From: a bacterium | GTDB lineage: Bacteria; Vulcanimicrobiota; Vulcanimicrobiia; Vulcanimicrobiales; SCRA01 | Length of the DNA stretch: 64,000 bases | Direction: 5' to 3' | Assembly: GCA_004298675.1 (NCBI GenBank) | Contig: SCRI01000025.1 | Coordinates: 1,332 to 65,331, forward strand | Notes under the pieces: model-generated | Database searches by the model: none | The model's input: the letters and a program-made list of their open reading frames with translations, nothing else | What the model was told of the DNA's origin: nothing | Program-made: the position numbers and the translations under genes | In this document: in pieces, positions 1-11,474 of the stretch | How positions within the stretch are numbered: position 1 is the stretch's first letter | Layout: every line of letters starts with the position of its first letter

Positions 1-1149
1 GCCGCCACCAGCGTTCTCTCTCTCGGTTTACTTGCACCCCTCGCCTTGGGGGCCGCCCACGCCCACGCGGGCACGCTCGTCGTCGACGGTGCCTCCCGCA
101 CGTACGCCATCCGCGGCGAAGCCGCGACGGTGGACGAGCTCCTCCGCACGGAAGGCGTGAGCGTCACCAAGGCAGATAGCATCTCCGCCCCGCTGGACTC
201 GCGGCTCGGCTCGCTCGACCGGATCGTCGTGCGGCACGCCGTCCCCGTGCGGCTGGCTACACCCTCGGGGAGCGAATCCGTCGACACGGCCGCCGCGACG
301 GTCGGCGACGTCCTCGCGCAACAGGGCATCCATCCGGCTAGGGAAGACCTGGTCGCGCCAGCGCCTTCGAGCGCGGTGAGCCCGGACCTGACCATTGAGT
401 ACCGGCCCGCCGTCGACGTGACGCTGGTCAGCGGCAGCATCCACCTGCTGGTCCATACGCCCGGACCGACCGTGGGCGACGTGCTACGCCGAGAAGGCGT
501 TGCGCTCGGTGCCTACGATCGCGTATCGCCCAACCCCACCGCGGCGATCCACGACGGCGAGCAGATTACGATCGAGCGCATAACCGAGTGGACCGAGACC
601 TCGACGCGGCGGCTCGTGCCGCCGGTCACGCACCGCATCAGCTATACGATGCGGCCCGGCGTAAGCAAAGTGCTTGCCGCCGGGAAACCCGGTCAAGAGC
701 GGATCACGATGCGCTATATCCAACGCCAAGATGCCCCCATGCAGAAGCGCGTCGTCAAGCGTGTCGTTCTCGTCAAGGCGTCGCCGAAGGTCGTGGCTGA
801 GGGCGTCGGCGACTGGTCGCGCTTCCGCGACTTGGCTTCGCGCGGCGGCTCCTTCGCCGGCACCATCGCCTACACCGCGCTTCAGATGGTGGCTACGGCC
901 TACACGCCCTTCTGTGCAGGTTGCAACGGCTACACGGCTCTGGGAGAGCACGCCGGCTACGGCATCGTCGCTGTCGACCCGCGCGTAATCCCGCTGGGCA
1001 CCAAACTCTTCATCCCCGGTTACGGTCCGGCGATCGCCGGCGATACCGGCAGCGCCATCCGCGGCGACCGCATCGACTTGGGCTTCGAATCCAATGGCGA
1101 GGCGATAGCCTTCGGGCGCCGGCAGATCACCGTCTACGTGCTGCGGTAG
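1..1149 (+). CDS. YabE-like cell-wall protein (DUF348 repeats + G5 + 3D domain), 5'-truncated by the window
   Basis: Frame is open from position 1 (AATSVLSLGLLAPLA...). Repeated TVxxLL...GI/V units, G5-like GKPG...V region, and C-terminal 3D motifs ATAYT, IVAVDPRVIPLGT, AGDTGSAIRGDRIDL. Confidence 0.9.
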   Translation, partial: AATSVLSLGLLAPLALGAAHAHAGTLVVDGASRTYAIRGEAATVDELLRTEGVSVTKADSISAPLDSRLGSLDRIVVRHAVPVRLATPSGSESVDTAAATVGDVLAQQGIHPAREDLVAPAPSSAVSPDLTIEYRPAVDVTLVSGSIHLLVHTPGPTVGDVLRREGVALGAYDRVSPNPTAAIHDGEQITIERITEWTETSTRRLVPPVTHRISYTMRPGVSKVLAAGKPGQERITMRYIQRQDAPMQKRVVKRVVLVKASPKVVAEGVGDWSRFRDLASRGGSFAGTIAYTALQMVATAYTPFCAGCNGYTALGEHAGYGIVAVDPRVIPLGTKLFIPGYGPAIAGDTGSAIRGDRIDLGFESNGEAIAFGRRQITVYVLR

Positions 1150-1164
1150 AGCGGCCGCAGTCCA

Positions 1165-1986
1165 TTGCACCCACGCCAACTGCTGCAGGCTCGGGGGCTG
1201 GCCGCCCGCAAACGTTTCGGCCAGAATTTCCTGCTCGACAACACCGCCGCCGATCGCATTGCGCAGGCGGCAGTTGCCGGGGAGTCCGAATTGCGAGTCC
1301 TCGAGATCGGGCCGGGCACCGGGGTGCTGACGGCGGCTCTGCTACGCGCCGGCGCGCGCCTAACGGCCGTCGAGATCGATCGCGGGCTGGCGGCCATCTT
1401 GCGCGAGCGCGAGGACCTCGCCGCCGCTACGATCGTCGAGAGCGACATCCTCACCTATGACCTGCACAACTTCGCCGCCGCGGGACGCTGGGCCGCGTGC
1501 GGCAACCTTCCCTACTATATTACGACGCCGGTGCTCTTCGCGCTCTTGGAGTGTGAGCCCCAGCCCGTGCGCATCGTCGTCATGGTTCAGCGCGAGGTTG
1601 CGGAGCGCCTCAGCGCGGGTCCGGGCAGTGCCGCTTACGGCGCACTCTCGCTGCTCGTGGCCTATCGCGCACGCGCCACGCGCCTCCTGACCCTACGCCC
1701 GGCGGCGTTCTACCCGCGTCCGCAGGTAGACTCGACCGTCGTGGTGTTGGAACGCCATGAGCACCCACCGGTACAGCCGCGCGATCCAGGTGCCATGCTC
1801 GGCCTTATTCGTGCCGCCTTCGCATACCGGCGCAAGACGCTGGTAAACGCCCTCGAACTGGGAGCTTCCCCGGTGCCGCGCGAGCGCACGGCGGCGGCGC
1901 TGGAAGCTATCGGCAAGCCTATCGGCGTGCGCGGCGAAACGCTCTCCCTCGATGACTTCTCACGACTCGCCGACCAGCTCTACTGA
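1165..1986 (+). CDS. rsmA: 16S rRNA adenine dimethyltransferase RsmA/KsgA
   Basis: KRFGQNFL, VLEIGPGTG, GNLPYYITTP, MVQREVAERL, FYPRPQVDS, RRKTL motifs. Confidence 0.96.
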   Translation: MHPRQLLQARGLAARKRFGQNFLLDNTAADRIAQAAVAGESELRVLEIGPGTGVLTAALLRAGARLTAVEIDRGLAAILREREDLAAATIVESDILTYDLHNFAAAGRWAACGNLPYYITTPVLFALLECEPQPVRIVVMVQREVAERLSAGPGSAAYGALSLLVAYRARATRLLTLRPAAFYPRPQVDSTVVVLERHEHPPVQPRDPGAMLGLIRAAFAYRRKTLVNALELGASPVPRERTAAALEAIGKPIGVRGETLSLDDFSRLADQLY

Positions 1987-2668
1987 GGCTTTCGCCCCCA
2001 CGGCGTCCCTGGCGCTGGTGGCTGCGGCGGTGTGCGCCGGCTTCCTCGTCGCTATCCTCACCGCCCTGGCCAGCGGAACGCGCGTCCATCACATCGCGCC
2101 CTGGCAGGTCAATCTGATCCAGCTGTCCTTCTACGCCGGCATCGGCACCGTGTTGATTCCGGCTCTGCCGCGCGTAGCGGGACGTTCGCTGCGGCAATTG
2201 GGGCTGGCGCCACCGCAATTCCGGCAGATCCTGTGGGGGCTCTGGGGCGCTCCGGCGATGCTGGTGCTGAGCTCGATTGCCGGCGTCCTCGTGACGCTCC
2301 GCTATGGGGAGCACGAGCAGGCGGCACTGCGCATGCTCCCGGCGTTCAACACCACCGGCCTCTTCCTTACCTTTGCCTTCATCGCCGCCGTCGCGGCACC
2401 GTTCTTCGAAGAGCTCTTCTTCCGCGGCCTGATCTTTAACGCGCTCTCCGAACGGCTCTCGTTCTGGCCGGCCGCGGCGCTCTCGGGGCTGGCCTTTGCC
2501 TTCGCCCACGCCGACGTCTGGGCGCTGCTGCCGCTGTGGGTCGTGGGACTCTCTCTGGCGTACATCTACTCACGCTCGCAGAGCCTGTGGTCGTCGATGA
2601 TCGCGCACGGCCTCTTCAATACCATCTCGCTCGTCGCATTCGTCTGGAAGGATCATCTGCACCCATGA
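1952..2668 (+). CDS. CPBP (CAAX/Abi) intramembrane metalloprotease
   Basis: Multiple TM segments; APFFEELFFRG, FAFAH and AHGLFN motifs. Start codon uncertain. Confidence 0.88.
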   Translation: MTSHDSPTSSTEAFAPTASLALVAAAVCAGFLVAILTALASGTRVHHIAPWQVNLIQLSFYAGIGTVLIPALPRVAGRSLRQLGLAPPQFRQILWGLWGAPAMLVLSSIAGVLVTLRYGEHEQAALRMLPAFNTTGLFLTFAFIAAVAAPFFEELFFRGLIFNALSERLSFWPAAALSGLAFAFAHADVWALLPLWVVGLSLAYIYSRSQSLWSSMIAHGLFNTISLVAFVWKDHLHP

Positions 2669-3675
2669 TCGTCGCCGTCGACGCTACCAACCTCCTGCGT
2701 GACGACCGCGGCATGGGGCGGTACGTCCGCGAAGTGCTGCGCCGTCTGCGCTCGCAGGTGGAACTGCGCTTGGTGACTCAGCACCGCGACGCGGAGTCGC
2801 GCCGCGGTTACGCGCACGCCCTAGGCTATTACGATGCACCGCTCGTCTCCGCGCGCGCCAGCGGGGCCAACGTGCTCTGGTACCCTTGGAACCTCACCCA
2901 CTTTCCACCGCAGCTACCCTACGCCGTCACCATCTACGATCTGGCCCCGTTGCGCTTCCCCCACCGCTCGCCGTGGGTGCGCTGGCGTGAGGAGCGGCGC
3001 CTGCGCCGCGCGGCCGCGCGCGCGCGCACGGTGATCACCGCCTCCGAGTTCACGCGTAGCGAGATCGTGGAACGCCTGGGCGTGGAAGCCGCGCGGATAC
3101 GCGTCGCGTCCGGCGCCCCCGCCGCTCTCTTCCAACCGGGCGAGCCGGAGCGGCTCCCCGAGTATCTGCTCGAGCGCCCCTACCTGCTCTACGTCGGAGC
3201 CGTCGAGCCGCGCAAGAATCTCTCGACGCTCCTGCGCGCGCAGGCACGCCTCTTCGAGCGCTCGGGCGTACCGCTGGTCTGCGCCGGCGGTGCCGTGCCG
3301 GAGAGCCCCGGCGTTCACAGCATGGGCTACGTCGACGAGCCGTTGCTGCTCTCGCTCTATCGCGGCGCCACCGCACTCGTCGTGCCGTCGCTGTACGAAG
3401 GCTTCGGCCTGCCGGTATTGGAGGCGATGGCTTGCGGCACCGCGGTGGTAGCCTCGCGACGCAGCGCGTTGCCGGAGGTTGCGGGCGATGCCGCCTACTA
3501 CGTCGATCAGCCCGGCGACGTAGAAGCTTGGTGCGATGCGCTTGGGCGGATCGAAAACGATCCGGAGCTGACCGCCACGTTGCGCGTGCGCGGACGCGCG
3601 CGGGCGGCCTCGTTCTCTTGGGACCGGACGGCGGAGGTGACGCTCGAGGCGCTGCAAGCCGCCGCCGCCGGCTAG
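2665..3675 (+). CDS. GT4 family glycosyltransferase
   Basis: ATG at 2665 overlaps the upstream stop (ATGA). VGAVEPRKN and PSLYEGFGLPVLEAMACG motifs. Confidence 0.92.
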   Translation: MIVAVDATNLLRDDRGMGRYVREVLRRLRSQVELRLVTQHRDAESRRGYAHALGYYDAPLVSARASGANVLWYPWNLTHFPPQLPYAVTIYDLAPLRFPHRSPWVRWREERRLRRAAARARTVITASEFTRSEIVERLGVEAARIRVASGAPAALFQPGEPERLPEYLLERPYLLYVGAVEPRKNLSTLLRAQARLFERSGVPLVCAGGAVPESPGVHSMGYVDEPLLLSLYRGATALVVPSLYEGFGLPVLEAMACGTAVVASRRSALPEVAGDAAYYVDQPGDVEAWCDALGRIENDPELTATLRVRGRARAASFSWDRTAEVTLEALQAAAAG

Positions 3676-3681
3676 CACAGC

Positions 3682-4587
3682 GTGGCCCGCATCGTCGCGC
3701 ACTTGATCGTCGGCGCACGCCCCGAACCGTTCCTCGACGCACTCCTGCGGAGCCTAGCGCCCGCAGTCGAGCACCTCTGCGTCAACGACAACTCGGGTCT
3801 AGGCGACGCGAGCCCGCACGCCCAGACGCTCGCACGCAGCGCGTTCGCGCGCCAAGGGCGGCTAAGCGTGGCGCGCACCCGTTTCCAGGACTTCTCCAGC
3901 GCGCGCAACGCTTGTTTCGAGCTGGACGACGATGCGGACGAGCGGACGTGGGTGGCCTTCGTCGACGCCGATGAAGTTCATGGCGAAGGCTTCGTCAAGA
4001 TCGCCGCACGCCTCGACCGCCTGCCGCGCGAGATCGGTTACGTCGACGGCTACACGTGGCATTTCTTTCAGAGCTTCGATTGGTACGCGTCGATCGAGCG
4101 GCGCATGGCGTTCTTCCGCTGGACGCCCCAGGCGCGCTGGGAGGGCAGCGTGCACGAGCGCCTGATCGGAGTACCCGGCAAACGCTTGGCCCTCCCGTAC
4201 GTCTACGGACATTACGGTCACGTGGTGCCGTTCGAGTGGGAGGCGCAGAAGGAGCGTCTCTATGCCACGCTAGGCTTCCCGGGGCGCAGCGTCGACGACG
4301 CCGCGGCGCGCCGTGCCGACCGCGCGGGCGACTACCAGGCGATCGAGGAGACCTATCGCGACGTCTGGACGCGTATGCTGCGTTTTCGCGGCCGCCACCC
4401 AGCCGCGGCGCGCGACACCATCGCGCGCATCAAGGACGAGCGTGCCGAACACTTCCGCGCCATCGCGGAGATCATCGCGCGCCGCCAAACGCTGCCGGTA
4501 CGCCTGTGCAATCTCGCACACCGCGCCAACTACGCGCAGCGTTGGCGCTTGCGCGTGCTGGAGGGGCTGCGCTATGGCATGCTCTGA
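3682..4587 (+). CDS. GT2-like (GT-A) glycosyltransferase
   Basis: FQDFSSARN, WVAFVDADE (DxD) and RWEGSVHE motifs. Confidence 0.75.
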   Translation: MARIVAHLIVGARPEPFLDALLRSLAPAVEHLCVNDNSGLGDASPHAQTLARSAFARQGRLSVARTRFQDFSSARNACFELDDDADERTWVAFVDADEVHGEGFVKIAARLDRLPREIGYVDGYTWHFFQSFDWYASIERRMAFFRWTPQARWEGSVHERLIGVPGKRLALPYVYGHYGHVVPFEWEAQKERLYATLGFPGRSVDDAAARRADRAGDYQAIEETYRDVWTRMLRFRGRHPAAARDTIARIKDERAEHFRAIAEIIARRQTLPVRLCNLAHRANYAQRWRLRVLEGLRYGML

Positions 4588-5767
4588 GCACCGCGGCGCA
4601 GGCATCGTGACGCTGGCCGCAGGCTGTTTTGCCGCGCTCTACGTGGTGCTCGACTTCAATAAACTGCACGCGCTGCGCTTCGGGGCCGACTCCGGCATCT
4701 TCTTGCAGACGCTGGTGAACTTCGCGCACCACGGCTCGACCTTCAACTGGGCGGAGCAGGCGCCTCATCTGCAAATTCACGACTCCTGGACGCTCTTGGC
4801 CTTCGCGCCGCTGGCGGCGCTTTGGCCGCGCCCGGAGCTGCTGATCGTACTGCAGCTAGCGCTCCTGGCGGGGGCGGCGATCCCGCTGTACCTGCTAGCA
4901 CGTGCCTTCGGACTGAGCCAAACACCCGCCGTGCTGATCGCCGTGGCCTACCTGATCTCGCCTTCCGTTCAAGGCTGGGCGTACTCCGACTTCAGCGAGA
5001 GCCATCTCGTGCCGATCCTGGCTTTCGCGCTGGCACTGGCCGTCAAAAGACGCTCGCTCTGGGGCACGCTGCTGTTCGCGCAGCTCCTGCTAGGAGTGAA
5101 AGAGGACGAAGTATGGTTCGTCGGCTGGTTCGCGCTGGCAGGCGCGCTCTGGTACGATCGGCGTAGCGGTCTGGCCGTGGTGGCGCTCTGTGTCGCTAAC
5201 GGCCTGGCCTACTACGGCATCGACGCCCTGCACGGGCATCTGCCCAACCGGCCGCAGTACGGCCTAGCCGATCCCTTCTGGCGGCAGCAGTTGGCATTTC
5301 TCGCCGAGGTCCTGGCGCCGTTTGCGTTCGCGCCGCTGGCGCTGGGATGGCGTGTGCTGCTCGCGGCACCGCTGCTGGGCGAGCTGTTTCTCACACAGCA
5401 CTGGCACTACCCGCTGGCGCGCGCCGGCGTCCACTATACCGAGCCAATCGTCGCGCTCTTGGCCATCGGCGCCGTCATCGCCATCGCGCGCCGCCCGCGT
5501 TGGGCCGGCTGGGCCTTGGCGTGCTCCGCGATCATGGCCGCATTCTTCAACACGACGGTCCTGCACCTCGGGCGCCACCTTTACGCCCCAGACCCGCGCT
5601 ACGGCGAGCTGCACGCGCTTGCGCAGAGTAACCGCGCCTTCACTTTCTCCATCGACGACGAAGGCGCATGGGTAGTCGCCTCCGGCGACACCAATGCGCG
5701 CCTGCTCGGGTTCGGAGACCCGCTGCGCCACCCGCAACCCGCGTGGCTCGACGCGGCGGGCCATTAG
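4574..5767 (+). CDS. DUF2079-type polytopic membrane protein (putative GT-C glycosyltransferase)
   Basis: N-terminal TM then DSGIFLQ, HLQIHDS, DFSE and VKED motifs; about 10 hydrophobic segments. Start at 4574 or slightly downstream; the ORF-track start at 4313 overlaps the upstream gene. Confidence 0.75.
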   Translation: MACSEHRGAGIVTLAAGCFAALYVVLDFNKLHALRFGADSGIFLQTLVNFAHHGSTFNWAEQAPHLQIHDSWTLLAFAPLAALWPRPELLIVLQLALLAGAAIPLYLLARAFGLSQTPAVLIAVAYLISPSVQGWAYSDFSESHLVPILAFALALAVKRRSLWGTLLFAQLLLGVKEDEVWFVGWFALAGALWYDRRSGLAVVALCVANGLAYYGIDALHGHLPNRPQYGLADPFWRQQLAFLAEVLAPFAFAPLALGWRVLLAAPLLGELFLTQHWHYPLARAGVHYTEPIVALLAIGAVIAIARRPRWAGWALACSAIMAAFFNTTVLHLGRHLYAPDPRYGELHALAQSNRAFTFSIDDEGAWVVASGDTNARLLGFGDPLRHPQPAWLDAAGH

Positions 5768-6858
5768 CCGCGCTGTTTGCGGCGCACCTCTGCGACGATC
5801 TCCCGCAGACGCTCCACGAAGCGCTGCGGAGAGAAGCGCTCGGCCTGCGCCCGCAGCGCAGCTGCATCGTACCGCGCGGGTTCGAAGGCACGCAGCACCG
5901 ACGCCAGCGACTCCGGGACCGGCTCGTGAAAGAACTCACCGGTGACTCCAGGAACGACCGTCTCGAGCGCACCGCCGGCGCCGTAGGCAACGACCGGGCG
6001 CCCCGCAGCGGCCGCCTCCAGCGGCACGAGACCGTAATCTTCCGATCCCGGCAACAGCACGACTCTCGCGTTGCCGAGCAGCTCGCGCAGCGCGCCCTCC
6101 GGCACGTAGCCGAGTAACGTCGTCGTGGATCCCTTCGCAAGCCTCCGTAAACGCTCGTGCGCGGGGCCGCTGCCCGCAACGAGCAACGGCAACCCTACCT
6201 GCCGGCAGGCCTCGATGGCAAGGTCGATACGCTTGTACGGTAAGAGCCGCGAGGCGATCAGCGCATAGTCGCCCAAACCCGGGCCGACGCCGATACGGTC
6301 GAGATCGACGGGCGGATGGAGCACGTACGCTTCGCGCCCATACCACTGCAGGATGCGCTGTGCCGAGTTGCGCGAGTTGGCGATGTACGCCGTCGGCAGA
6401 CGCGCGGCGGCGAGGTCCCAAGCCGCGAGGCGGCGCACCAGCGGACGCACCAGCGGCTCGAACGGCCCTGCGAGTCTGCCGACGTAGGCGTCGTAATCGA
6501 AGAGAAAGCGCGAGACCGAATGACAGTAGCAAACGTGCACCGCATCGGCGCGCGCCCGTACGCCCTTGGCCCAGGCCGTGGTAGAGCTGACGACCGTGTC
6601 GTACGCTGAGAGATCGAAGGCGGCAAACGCGCCGGGATAGAGCGGTGCGAGCGCACGAAAGAGGCGCCGGTGGCCCGGCAGGTGCTGCAGGTACGACGTG
6701 CGCACGCGCGCAGCGTCGAAGAGATCGCCCAAGCGCTCGCGCTCGAAGATCGAGGTATAGATAGGTGCTTCGGGCCAAGCCGCCGCGATATGCGCGAAGA
6801 CACGCTCCGCGCCGCCGCGCTGATTCAGGTAGTCGTGGACGAGCGCGATCGCGGCTAC
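5764..6858 (-). CDS. GT4 family glycosyltransferase with a non-canonical start
   Basis: SRLLPYKRID and EDYGLVPLEA motifs. The conserved N-terminus IALVHDYLNQRGGAERV lies in frame upstream of the ORF-track start (6732), from 6849. Confidence 0.88.
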   Translation of the reverse strand, partial: VAAIALVHDYLNQRGGAERVFAHIAAAWPEAPIYTSIFERERLGDLFDAARVRTSYLQHLPGHRRLFRALAPLYPGAFAAFDLSAYDTVVSSTTAWAKGVRARADAVHVCYCHSVSRFLFDYDAYVGRLAGPFEPLVRPLVRRLAAWDLAAARLPTAYIANSRNSAQRILQWYGREAYVLHPPVDLDRIGVGPGLGDYALIASRLLPYKRIDLAIEACRQVGLPLLVAGSGPAHERLRRLAKGSTTTLLGYVPEGALRELLGNARVVLLPGSEDYGLVPLEAAAAGRPVVAYGAGGALETVVPGVTGEFFHEPVPESLASVLRAFEPARYDAAALRAQAERFSPQRFVERLREIVAEVRRKQRG

Positions 6859-8150
6859 GGACGCGCCCCCCGCGGAAGCACCACTGCCGTCGTGTAGCGG
6901 GTGAAGTAGCGTTTCGCCGCTGCTTGCAGCTGCGCGGGTGTGACGCGGGAGATCGCGGCGAGCAGCCGCTCTTCGTAGTCGGCGCCCGCGCCCTCACGCG
7001 CGAAGTTCCCCGCCAGCCACGAGCGATCGGCTAGCGTCGCACTCTCGAAGAGCAGATTACCGCGAGCCTGCGCCTTCGCCAGGCCCAGCTCCACCTGCGT
7101 CAGGGGCCCTGCCGCCAGCGTATCGACAACCGACGCCACGGTTCGCACCGCCAGCGCCGGATCGCCGCCGGCGCCGTTGGCGTACACGATCACCGCGGAG
7201 GGCACGGTATCGTAAAAATAGAGGCTCCCCACCGGCATCTCCGCGGCCGTCGGCGTCGGCACGAGCGGCGGCGCCAAACCGCGCCCGACGGCGTGGCCGA
7301 TGAGCGACTCCAGAACGAAAACCGGCGCAAAGTCCGGCGCTCCCGGCGCGGGGGCATCGTAACCTAAGACGATCCACGTCGCCGCAATGTCGCGATGGGT
7401 GACGATCTCACGCGAGCTCGCCTTGACCGGAAGCTGACTGGACACCACCACCCAGCCGGCATGGCGATCGGGAAGCGCCGCCGCAACGGTACGCTCCGCC
7501 TCCTGCAGCCCCGGAGCCGCTGCGCCGGCGCCCACGATGATCGCGCCGCCCGCCACGTAGTTCTCGCGAAAAAAATCCGCCGCGTCGACAGGCGTAATCT
7601 GGGCGATGGCGGGGGCGCTGCCCCAGGCGGGGAGAGCGGCGCTGGTCTTGGCCAAATACACGCTTCTGACCATTTGAGCGCCGACACCCAGCCCGTCCCT
7701 GCTGGCCGCCAGCGCGCGCTGCGTAACGTAAGCCGCGGCGCGCTCGAGTGCGGGAGCGCCGAAGTCGGGATGGGTGAGCGCGGAGGCGAAAAGCACGGCG
7801 ACCGCCGCGAAGTTACTGGGCGCGGCCTCGAGATAGAAGTGCGTCTCCTGCCCTTCCACCGTATACGTGATGGAGCCGCCGCTGAGCGCCGCAGCCAACT
7901 CCAGCGGAGTTCCGTGAACGGGTGTCTCGAGCAGCGCTTGAGCCACCACCGCCGCCAAACCAGAGCGATTACGCGGTTGGCGATCCAATCCCGCCGGGAC
8001 GAAGACCTGCATTGCCGTCACCGGAGCGCTCTCCGACGTGAGGTCGATGATGCGCGGCGCCGCAACCGCAAGCGCTGCCGCGGCATCCGCGGGCGGCGCC
8101 GGCAACAGGCCCGCCGCTGCCAACGCGACGGCGAGCAGCCACGCCTTCAT
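6855..8150 (-). CDS. M16 peptidase-like protein lacking HXXEH, with signal peptide
   Basis: Signal peptide MKAWLLAVALAAAG; M16-like FVPAG...SGLA, FFRENY...IIVGAG and ISRVTPAQLQAAAKRYF. Confidence 0.78.
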   Translation of the reverse strand: MKAWLLAVALAAAGLLPAPPADAAAALAVAAPRIIDLTSESAPVTAMQVFVPAGLDRQPRNRSGLAAVVAQALLETPVHGTPLELAAALSGGSITYTVEGQETHFYLEAAPSNFAAVAVLFASALTHPDFGAPALERAAAYVTQRALAASRDGLGVGAQMVRSVYLAKTSAALPAWGSAPAIAQITPVDAADFFRENYVAGGAIIVGAGAAAPGLQEAERTVAAALPDRHAGWVVVSSQLPVKASSREIVTHRDIAATWIVLGYDAPAPGAPDFAPVFVLESLIGHAVGRGLAPPLVPTPTAAEMPVGSLYFYDTVPSAVIVYANGAGGDPALAVRTVASVVDTLAAGPLTQVELGLAKAQARGNLLFESATLADRSWLAGNFAREGAGADYEERLLAAISRVTPAQLQAAAKRYFTRYTTAVVLPRGARP

Positions 8151-9445
8151 CGCGCGCCGGCTCCGCTCGCCTGCGCCGGAGTCTGCGCCGACAGCGTCGC
8201 CACCGCCGGCACCGCGCGCAGATATTTGCGCGCGATCTCTGCCACGTACTCGGGCGTGAGCGAACGGGCCAACGTCAGGTACTCTCCTTGTTCGCCACCG
8301 TTGAGCGGCGCATATTCGGGCGATCCCTCGACAGCGTACCAGCCGAGATTGTCGGCCTGTGCCTGTACGCTCTGCAGATCGCGCAGCACATGGTAGATAT
8401 ACTCCCGGCGCGCCGCTTCGAAGGCCTGCGTCTCCAGCGGCCGCTGCACGGCCGCGAGCGCGTGCTCCACCACGTCCCGAACCGCTGGTGAGGCGTCGCC
8501 CGTGACTTCCAACAGGAGAATCCCCGGGTCATGGAGTGTGATGAACTGACCGACGGCATCGGCATCCGGCACCTGCGCACGCAACGCTCGCGAGATGGAG
8601 CCGTAGCGCCCACCCAGCAGATAGTCCGCGAGAAAATCCATCGCGGTCGCGGCGCGCTGATCCTCGATGGGCGGCCCTGCAAAGGCCATGCCGAAGGCCG
8701 GACCCGCCGCCGACTCCCCCTCGCTGTTGGGCGGCGCGGAGGCAGGGACCGAGATCAGCGCTGCCTCCGCCGGTACTCCCGCGGCCTGGCCTCCGAAGGC
8801 ACGCATCACGGCGTCTCCCGCGGGAGCCCCGGTCACGACCGCAATCGTGTTCTCAGCGCGGAAGGCGCGCTTGGCAAACGCAACCACTTCGGGATAGGTG
8901 ATCGCGTCCAGTTGCTGCACCGCTGGAAGCGCCGCGTAGCGATCCGGGCCGCGCTCGAAGAGCGCACCGAAGAGTCGCGCACGCAGTTGCGCGTCGGGAT
9001 CCGCGCCAGCAGCGGCGGCCTCCACGGCCACCGATTCCCGCGCGCGCTTGAAACCGTCCGGCGTCAGCGTAGGGCGGACGTAATCGTAGAACGCCGCACG
9101 CGCGATCTCCGCCGCCGCCGCTGCCGGCACGACGGCCGTTATCTGCACCGCGTCAGGGAAGGTCGTGATCTGCAGGCGTCCGCCGACGTCTTGAACCAGC
9201 ACCGCCAGAGGCTCGCGCCGGCCGGCGGAGGCGGCTACCGACTCGGCCGTAAGCTGCGCGAGCCCCGCTAGCGGCTCCGCGAAGCCCGCCGACGGTGCAC
9301 GGAACCAGAGCTCGACAGCGCTCAAGCGCGCGGAACTCGCGCTCCGCACGATGGTGCGAGCGGGATGCTCGCCGGCGGCTGCTCCGGCAAGCGGAGCGGC
9401 CGCAACGGCCAACGCGAGTACGGCGGAACACAGGCGGCAGATCAT
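8147..9445 (-). CDS. M16 peptidase-like protein lacking HXXEH, with signal peptide
   Basis: ATG at 9445 (MICRLCSAVLALAV...). VELWFRAPS...GLAQL, LDAITYPEVVAF...FRAENTIAVVTG and SLTPEYVAEIARKYL. Confidence 0.75.
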   Translation of the reverse strand: MICRLCSAVLALAVAAAPLAGAAAGEHPARTIVRSASSARLSAVELWFRAPSAGFAEPLAGLAQLTAESVAASAGRREPLAVLVQDVGGRLQITTFPDAVQITAVVPAAAAAEIARAAFYDYVRPTLTPDGFKRARESVAVEAAAAGADPDAQLRARLFGALFERGPDRYAALPAVQQLDAITYPEVVAFAKRAFRAENTIAVVTGAPAGDAVMRAFGGQAAGVPAEAALISVPASAPPNSEGESAAGPAFGMAFAGPPIEDQRAATAMDFLADYLLGGRYGSISRALRAQVPDADAVGQFITLHDPGILLLEVTGDASPAVRDVVEHALAAVQRPLETQAFEAARREYIYHVLRDLQSVQAQADNLGWYAVEGSPEYAPLNGGEQGEYLTLARSLTPEYVAEIARKYLRAVPAVATLSAQTPAQASGAGAR

Positions 9446-9455
9446 CCTGCCGGCG

Positions 9456-11372
<1,917 letters not shown>

Positions 11373-11474
11373 CGCGTTTAACCATTGGCGGGTCGGCCGA
11401 TGCGCGGCCGGAGCCCGTTCCTTTCTGAGCCGTTCCGGCAGGACACGGGCGTGCCTGCGGGGGACGCTAGCTTC

